The translations under genes were made by a program, and so were the position numbers. This document shows, in pieces, positions 58,480 through 64,000 of a DNA stretch of 64,000 nt; the stretch's first letter is position 1; the number at the start of each line of letters is the position of its first letter. The DNA comes from an uncultured Bordetella sp. (lineage in GTDB: Bacteria; Pseudomonadota; Gammaproteobacteria; Burkholderiales; SG8-39), in assembly GCA_964564865.1 (NCBI GenBank), contig CAZMDA010000004.1, positions 7,895-71,894 of the forward strand. Reading direction: 5' to 3'. The notes beneath the pieces are model-generated. The model was not told the DNA's origin. It saw only the letters and a list, made by a program, of their open reading frames with translations, and did not search any database.

Positions 58480-59156
58480 GTGGTCCTCCCGTCTTCGCTC
58501 GCGAATTGCTCATCATCAGTCGCCGCGTCCCCCGTATCGGTGGGCGCAGAGGACACAGCTCGCCACTCTGCCAGGCGCTGCAATGCGGTCTCGCCTAGAA
58601 CATCGACAATCGCGGGACGGATGAGCACTGCGTAGGGTTGGGTCGAACTCGGCTCGCCGATGGCATCGGAAACGTGCTCATCCGATCGCTTAGCGATGCC
58701 CCAGCGCTTCATGGTCCTCAACAACGCTTCCAACTCGCCCTTTGCAGGCAGCTCGCGGCCGGTCATCAGTCGATATTTCTCGTCCAGTTCCACCAAATCG
58801 GAGACAACTTCCCCGTCATCGGTGAACTGTCCGATTCGCGCGGACTCGTCGTAGATGGCTCGCAACACGAGCGCCAGCAGCGTTTGCGCTGCGGAGGCGG
58901 TTCCGGCCTTGGGGTGCCGGGGCAACGCATAGACGTATCGCTTCTGCCGATTCACTTCGACACTGACACCCAGTGGCTCCAGTGCACGCTTGAATTCGCG
59001 CTCGTAGCGCTCGACCATCCAATAGGCCGTCCTGCTGTGGCGATCGGCGTAGTACAGGACCTGCTCGGTTACGAGGCGATACGCGGTTGCTTCGAGATCC
59101 TGCGGAGTGTGTTGCCCCATGGATCGCTCGGCAATGTCTTCCCAGAACTGGCTCAT
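58476..59156 (-). CDS. jetB: Wadjet JetB (DUF4194-type, MukE-like)
   Basis: 226 aa, acidic. 4-nt overlaps with jetA and jetC. Size and position fit JetB. Confidence 0.8.
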   Translation of the reverse strand: MSQFWEDIAERSMGQHTPQDLEATAYRLVTEQVLYYADRHSRTAYWMVERYEREFKRALEPLGVSVEVNRQKRYVYALPRHPKAGTASAAQTLLALVLRAIYDESARIGQFTDDGEVVSDLVELDEKYRLMTGRELPAKGELEALLRTMKRWGIAKRSDEHVSDAIGEPSSTQPYAVLIRPAIVDVLGETALQRLAEWRAVSSAPTDTGDAATDDEQFASEDGRTT

Positions 59157-60652
59157 TTGCGTGACTCCTTTGCTACAGCGCCTGCGGACTGACGCAACTC
59201 CACGACAAAGGGCCTTCCTGAAATCCAGGGACTTTCCGCCTCCGGTTCCTCGCGCATATCCACCCGAAAGCCTCTGGCGAGAGTCATTGCCGAGAGGTAT
59301 AGGCGTCGGCTGTTCGCGCTCATCGCCAGCCCAACCGACGACAGCGCCTGCAGGCAGCGTACGTCCGTCAGCGAACGTGGATTCAGATTTTCACTGTCGA
59401 TTCGCCGCTCACCATTCAATTGCGCCAAGACATAGGCGGTCAGTTTCGGCGGTGTGACTGACCGAACGTCTCTGGCACGAAGCATGAGCTGGGATCGGGC
59501 CAGTTGAGCTTCAGAGGGAATATGTCGTCGCAAATTGGAGGGGACCGACGGCTCCCTGGCCTTGCGCGGTTCGGCAAGGTGCTCGCCGCTCACCATATCC
59601 CCGGACGGAAACGGGTCTCCGAGAATCGGCGTGCTGTTCCCCGTGGCAGCGGCGATGGCTCTGCTGACCAGGTGATCGACGGGGCGAAGGGAACGCAATC
59701 GATAGTCGAGGAAAGCGAGTGCCCGGCGGTTGGCGCGCCGTATCTCCTCATCGAGACGATCGAGAAACTCATCGATGCGCCGCAAATCGAAGAGACGCTG
59801 GATATCTTTTTCGAACAGTTGTTCCGCGCGCGCTCGATTACCCGGACATCGCTTCGATTCGTACCAAACGATTAACCGCGCACGCTGCTCTTCCGACGCG
59901 TGCAACTCTTCGACGATCCGCAGAATCTGCGGTCTGCGCGACAATGGATGTTCGCGCGTCCGCAGCTCGCGATAGTCGCCGATGAAAACCTTTTCGATGT
60001 AGTCGCCGAAGAATCTCTGAACGTACTGCGCCGTGGTTACGTCCTCGCCCAAAGACTCCATGATGTCCCGGATATTCGTACCGGTATTCCTCACATGCTC
60101 AAGGAGGTTGCGTGCCTGTTCCGCGGTTTCGGCGAGGGTGTCACCGTCCGCTCGGCCTTCCATGACCTGCTGGATGTTCAGTTCGATCGATCGGATCTTT
60201 CCCGAAACGAATACCGGCCCGGTTTCGGCAAAGGAGACAAGGAGCGTGAGGAACTGACTCACGGTGGGCCGCATGGACAGCCGCTTCTCAACGCCGTGCC
60301 GCTCCAACCGGAACCAGCCGCTGTCAAGAAGGCGGTTGAAGACTGCGTTCGCCCGGATGGCGAGCGGCGTGTCTGGCGTATTGCCGTCCTCGTTTTCCCA
60401 AGAGTCCTGCGTGACCAGTTCGTCTTCAATGTCCTGCATCACATCGCGGAGTGCGAACCCATGGCTCGGTGGCAATGGCGCATCCGGACCGAATCGCTTC
60501 GCGTGAAGTCGGCAGAGCAGCGCCCAATATCGGTGGCGATTTGGTGACGCCAACGGCGCAAACAATCGATCCGGAAGCCGCTCGAACAGCAATCTGGCTG
60601 CTAAGCGCTGGGCAGCACCAAGCTGCGCGAGACTCAACTCGGAAACAGCCAC
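59153..60652 (-). CDS. jetA: Wadjet JetA (DUF3375-type, kleisin-like)
   Basis: 499 aa, GTG start; first gene of the four-gene set with 4-nt overlaps. Size and order fit type I Wadjet JetA. Confidence 0.8.
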   Translation of the reverse strand: MAVSELSLAQLGAAQRLAARLLFERLPDRLFAPLASPNRHRYWALLCRLHAKRFGPDAPLPPSHGFALRDVMQDIEDELVTQDSWENEDGNTPDTPLAIRANAVFNRLLDSGWFRLERHGVEKRLSMRPTVSQFLTLLVSFAETGPVFVSGKIRSIELNIQQVMEGRADGDTLAETAEQARNLLEHVRNTGTNIRDIMESLGEDVTTAQYVQRFFGDYIEKVFIGDYRELRTREHPLSRRPQILRIVEELHASEEQRARLIVWYESKRCPGNRARAEQLFEKDIQRLFDLRRIDEFLDRLDEEIRRANRRALAFLDYRLRSLRPVDHLVSRAIAAATGNSTPILGDPFPSGDMVSGEHLAEPRKAREPSVPSNLRRHIPSEAQLARSQLMLRARDVRSVTPPKLTAYVLAQLNGERRIDSENLNPRSLTDVRCLQALSSVGLAMSANSRRLYLSAMTLARGFRVDMREEPEAESPWISGRPFVVELRQSAGAVAKESRK

Positions 60653-61497
60653 GGACGGACCTCCTCAATATTGGCCACAGCCATCTGGAAATCAGGGGGT
60701 CGCTGCTTCGCGGGATCAATGGCCGCTCTGACGTCCTGGATGAAGTAGCTGACCAGTGCGCCACGACATGTGTCCACCCTCGCTGCGGTGTTGTTGAAGT
60801 ACTCAAATCGGATCAGCGCCTCCTGCTCCGGGGTCAGGTCGGGGTGTGCCACCAGACGAACAGGCACCTTCGTCATCCAGGCACGATCGTCTTTTTCTGT
60901 CCGCTCTGCCGGCGAATCGAGTCGCTCCACCTTTTCGACTCGACCCAGTGCGTAATCCCGGAAATCCTGATTCGTCGACGAGAAGGCTCGCAAGTGCCAG
61001 CGTCGGCCCGCCCGTATCAGGCTATGGGGCGCGATGACCCGCTGATGCGGTGCTGGCTCGCGCATCGAGCGATAGGTAATTTGCAGTGTCTGCCGCTCCC
61101 GAATCGCTTCTGAAACGAGCGCGAATGTTCTTGGGGAGGGAACGGAGAGGTCCGGAAAAGCAGCCCAAATGGCACGACTTTGGGACGGCTCGGTGACGGA
61201 ATGCGGTATGCCCACAAGTCCGAGGTACTGCGACAGGGATATCGCATCCCTTTGTTTGCGCTGGTCGCCGCTCGCATCGGAGCGATACGCCTTTATCGCA
61301 GCGTGGTAGCTGCGAGTCTTGCTATTCCATTCGGTCCAGCCGGGGTACGTCTCGCGGAACTCACGGATCCACTCACTGGCCCGTACGCTGCTCAAGTCGA
61401 ATATCTCTCGCAGCCGCGCGTTGTTCAGGCGTCCCTCCCAAAGGAGGATCGACGCGAGTAACGTCAATCGCTGCTGATGCACCTCTCCACGAACCAT
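60634..61497 (-). CDS. WYL-domain transcriptional regulator (wHTH + WYL)
   Basis: 287 aa. N-terminal HTH-like LLASILLWEGRLNNARLREIFDLSSVRASEWI. Central ITYRSM...RVIAPHSLIRAGRRWHLRAF is a WYL-type core. Its 3' end overlaps the jetA start by 19 nt. Confidence 0.8.
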   Translation of the reverse strand: MVRGEVHQQRLTLLASILLWEGRLNNARLREIFDLSSVRASEWIREFRETYPGWTEWNSKTRSYHAAIKAYRSDASGDQRKQRDAISLSQYLGLVGIPHSVTEPSQSRAIWAAFPDLSVPSPRTFALVSEAIRERQTLQITYRSMREPAPHQRVIAPHSLIRAGRRWHLRAFSSTNQDFRDYALGRVEKVERLDSPAERTEKDDRAWMTKVPVRLVAHPDLTPEQEALIRFEYFNNTAARVDTCRGALVSYFIQDVRAAIDPAKQRPPDFQMAVANIEEVRPWLFPS

Positions 61498-61548
61498 ATT
61501 ACGACTGTCCGTATGTTACGAATTACCATATCATACGATTCTTCGTAA
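61496..61548. promoter_or_regulatory. three tandem 17-bp imperfect repeats plus an inverted half-site immediately upstream of the WYL gene
   Basis: Units are ATATTACGACTGTCCGT, ATGTTACGAATTACCAT and ATCATACGATTCTTCGT (61496-61546). The (T/A)TACGA cores sit at exactly 17-bp spacing, and TCGTAA (61543-61548) is the inverted core. Confidence 0.6.
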
Positions 61549-61635
61549 GGCTTATGCAAGAGACTCGGTTTTGGGCTTGGTCGGCGCTTCCCCAATCAAC
61601 CCAAGGCGGGCCGCCGGTCAAGCGATGAGGCGCAT

Positions 61636-62349
61636 TCAAAGATGCTTCTTGTAATACGCCCATTGGAGTCGGGAAAGAACTCCCAGGGCCGCGGTCAGTG
61701 GCAAGCCGATCCACCGGATGTCCGTCACCAGTGGCCACAGCAGACCCGTCAGGACGGCCACTACGATCAGCGCGACCTGAAGGTGTTTGGCGCGATGGTA
61801 GAGGCTTCCCGATTCCCGGCCGCCACAAGCACGGCGGATCGCGCGCTGCGTCAGTCCATCCATCGCCCCGACGATGTACACAACCACCAGAAGCGGCACA
61901 GTCATGGCTAGCGACGCCAAGCGCACGCCGAGAAGTTGCGTTCCGATCATCGCGACCTCGATGGCGTCGCGGTTGGCGACGTAGGAGTTGCGCACGATCG
62001 TGTCGGGAATGGATAGCGCCGCTCCTTCGGCGAAGCGCAGTCCCATGTCGTGGATGCCTGTCGCCCGGAAAACCGCGTCGTAAAGAAAGTTCGCCGTGGC
62101 AATGACCGCATCCGGCACCCCGCCTTGCCAGGTTGCGAGCTCGACTCCACGCGTGAGGTCGGCGGCGAGGATGCTCTTCAACCGTTCGACGCCGTCCGGC
62201 CAGACCTTGAACACGAATATCCAGTCTACGATCCACGCCGAAAGCAGGATCCCAATGAAGGCGAGAGACAGCGCGAAGACGAACTTGAGGGGCGCGAGAA
62301 GAGCGCCAGCCACGACGCCGTCATGAAACGAAGCATTCCTAGATGCCAT
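61636..62349 (-). CDS. integrating conjugative element membrane protein (PFL_4697-like)
   Basis: 237 aa from ATG 62349 (11-nt overlap with the traD stop). Several TM segments. Lies directly downstream of an ICE-type traD, as in PFGI-1/ICEclc-like elements (from memory). ORF-track start 62622 overlaps traD. Confidence 0.5.
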   Translation of the reverse strand: MASRNASFHDGVVAGALLAPLKFVFALSLAFIGILLSAWIVDWIFVFKVWPDGVERLKSILAADLTRGVELATWQGGVPDAVIATANFLYDAVFRATGIHDMGLRFAEGAALSIPDTIVRNSYVANRDAIEVAMIGTQLLGVRLASLAMTVPLLVVVYIVGAMDGLTQRAIRRACGGRESGSLYHRAKHLQVALIVVAVLTGLLWPLVTDIRWIGLPLTAALGVLSRLQWAYYKKHL

Positions 62350-64000
62350 GGCCGTCCTCGCCCGACGGTGGCGCGAACGGTCGATTCCAATGACCGTCCA
62401 GACGTTCCCTGATTTCGGTGCCGATCGCCTCCAAGCTCGCCGGCATGATCGGATCGTGGCTCGCGTCCGGCAACGGCATCCGAATCTTGTGGAGTTGCCC
62501 ACCATGGATGAGCGCGAAGGCCTGCCCCTTGGGCAACTGCACAAGGTCGCTCGGCGAGAGCATCTGGGCGCTCTCCGTGGTGATCCGGTCCTCATTGCGG
62601 CTGGCAAAGTCGGCGAAATCACCAGGGTCGTTGGTGTCGGAGACCGACGACGAAACGAGGGTCGAGACCACGCGCACTTCAGGCAGTTGGCTGGTCAACA
62701 GTTCTGCGGTTGTAACCTCCTTCACGCGCAGCATGATCAGCGTGTTGAAGTTGCCGGCGATCTGGCCCGCCTTGGCCTGCGAGCCGATGCGCGCCTCCAC
62801 GTCCGACCAGGTCTGCGTGTACGCCGTCACCTGAAACCCCGCGCCGCCCGCCTTGTTGAGCAGCGGAATGAACTCGTCGCCGATGAGCTCGTTGAATTCA
62901 TCCGCGTGGATCGCGATCCGGCGCGGCGTGGTCTCGCCCGGTAGTCCCCGACCGACGCCGAACTTGTAGAGGCTGCCCGCGACGCTGGTGAGATCGGCGA
63001 ACATCGAATTGCCGACTGCCGCCGCCACCTCGTAGTCGGAGAGGGAGTCGAGTCCGATATAGACGATGCCGCCCAGGTTGATTACAGAATTCCAGTCGAA
63101 GACCGGGCGCCAGTCGGCCGGATCGTCGAAGTCGGGCGACAGGAGCGACGCGGTGCGGCCTGTGGTGAGTTTTTCCATCAGGGGTAAGAGCGAGGCGACG
63201 AGCTTGTCGAAGTAGCTCTTCTCGTAGTTGAGCGTCGACGCGAGCGCATGCGCAATCGGGTCATAGAGCTTCTTGCGTCGCGCATACTCGACGAGCGTCA
63301 CCGCACGAAAGCCGCGCGTCTGGAGTCCCCTGTCGAGGCTCTTCTTGTCGATCGCCATCGACTCCGCCTCTTCGCGCCAGCCGGCCGCCGCGGGCTCACG
63401 ATCGAGCCAGTGCTCGAAGTAATCGATCAACAATGGCTCGACGTTCGAGGCGTAGCGGTTGATCTGCTCGTAGTCGGGTTTGCGACCAAGCGCCACCAGT
63501 GCCCGCGCCATGACGTTCACGAACCGCCAGACGAACTCCTTGAAGGCGGCCGACTGGCCCTCCGACGGAAGCTGGCCGGCAATGCGTGTCGCCACCTCGG
63601 TGATGCGGGAGAAGCTCCCGACCGGGTTGTAGCGCGCGGAAAGCTCCGGGTGCCCGAGGTGGAACATGAAGAATTCGTTCTGGCGCCCTACCCGCTTTGC
63701 TTCGCCGTAGACGCGGCGAAGGAGATCGATGTCACCCTTCGGATCGAACACGATGACCACCTCGCCCCGGCGTATGTCCTGCGTGAGGAGCACTTCAGCG
63801 AGGCGGGTTTTCCCGACACGGGTCGTCCCCAGAACCAGGGTGTGTCCCACCCGGTCGCCGATGTCCATCCAGATGTTCGATTCGGCGGGCTCGACACCGT
63901 GAATGGCGGGATCGCCGCCCACCGCGAACCGCTCTGAGGACTGCGGACGCAGAAGGTCGGCGACCCGGTCTATCAGTCCGGCTTCTAGCATGTCGCGTTT
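62339..64000 (-). CDS. traD: conjugative coupling protein TraD (ICE type), N-terminus beyond the window edge
   Basis: LGTTRVGKTRLAEVLL Walker A, VVIVFDPKGD, FADLTSVAG..., IHADEFNELIG Walker B-like. The frame is still open at position 64000 upstream of the first Met, and Walker A sits too close to the apparent N-terminus. Confidence 0.85.
   Translation of the reverse strand, partial: KRDMLEAGLIDRVADLLRPQSSERFAVGGDPAIHGVEPAESNIWMDIGDRVGHTLVLGTTRVGKTRLAEVLLTQDIRRGEVVIVFDPKGDIDLLRRVYGEAKRVGRQNEFFMFHLGHPELSARYNPVGSFSRITEVATRIAGQLPSEGQSAAFKEFVWRFVNVMARALVALGRKPDYEQINRYASNVEPLLIDYFEHWLDREPAAAGWREEAESMAIDKKSLDRGLQTRGFRAVTLVEYARRKKLYDPIAHALASTLNYEKSYFDKLVASLLPLMEKLTTGRTASLLSPDFDDPADWRPVFDWNSVINLGGIVYIGLDSLSDYEVAAAVGNSMFADLTSVAGSLYKFGVGRGLPGETTPRRIAIHADEFNELIGDEFIPLLNKAGGAGFQVTAYTQTWSDVEARIGSQAKAGQIAGNFNTLIMLRVKEVTTAELLTSQLPEVRVVSTLVSSSVSDTNDPGDFADFASRNEDRITTESAQMLSPSDLVQLPKGQAFALIHGGQLHKIRMPLPDASHDPIMPASLEAIGTEIRERLDGHWNRPFAPPSGEDGHGI

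Noticed and set aside
61523-62236. 237-aa minus-strand ORF and plus-strand ORFs 61698..62105 and 62050..62412 overlapping the ICE membrane protein gene.
   Set aside because: These are alternative frames of the same DNA with Arg/Gly/Pro-rich translations. The frame giving multiple hydrophobic TM segments and an 11-nt coupling to traD was preferred.

Overview
This window is a very GC-rich proteobacterial chromosome segment whose gene order is typical of Betaproteobacteria. Positions 1 to about 36.4 kb are ordinary core genome. They carry plsX-fabH-fabD-fabG-acpP-fabF, rpoE-rseA-rseB-degP with a sigma-E-type promoter, lepA-lepB-rnc-era-recO-pdxJ-acpS-nagZ, efp, and uvrC-pgsA. After these come tRNA-Gly/Cys/Leu, a small tightly coupled catabolic cluster, holB-tmk-mltG, ygfZ, an aldolase/SDR fusion, mtnA, and tadA. 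From about 36.47 kb to the window end the DNA is visibly less GC-rich and the content is accessory. In minus-strand order, read from the right edge, it holds: an ICE coupling protein TraD (cut by the window edge) and an ICE membrane protein; a WYL regulator overlapping a complete type I Wadjet operon (jetABCD); an HTH-antitoxin/PIN-toxin pair split exactly at its junction by an IS5-group element with CTAG target duplications; an AddB-like/AddA-like nuclease-helicase pair; a translationally coupled four-gene operon; and a terminal HigBA module. The four-gene operon encodes a Zn-ribbon PD-(D/E)XK nuclease, an orphan 477-aa protein, a 2xHKD PLD nuclease and an SNF2 ATPase. It has no modification gene and does not match any named defence system I can recognise, so it is the best candidate for a previously undescribed system. 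No rRNA genes, CRISPR arrays or integrase genes were seen. All calls rest on hand reading of the ORF track and sequence motifs; no database search was possible.
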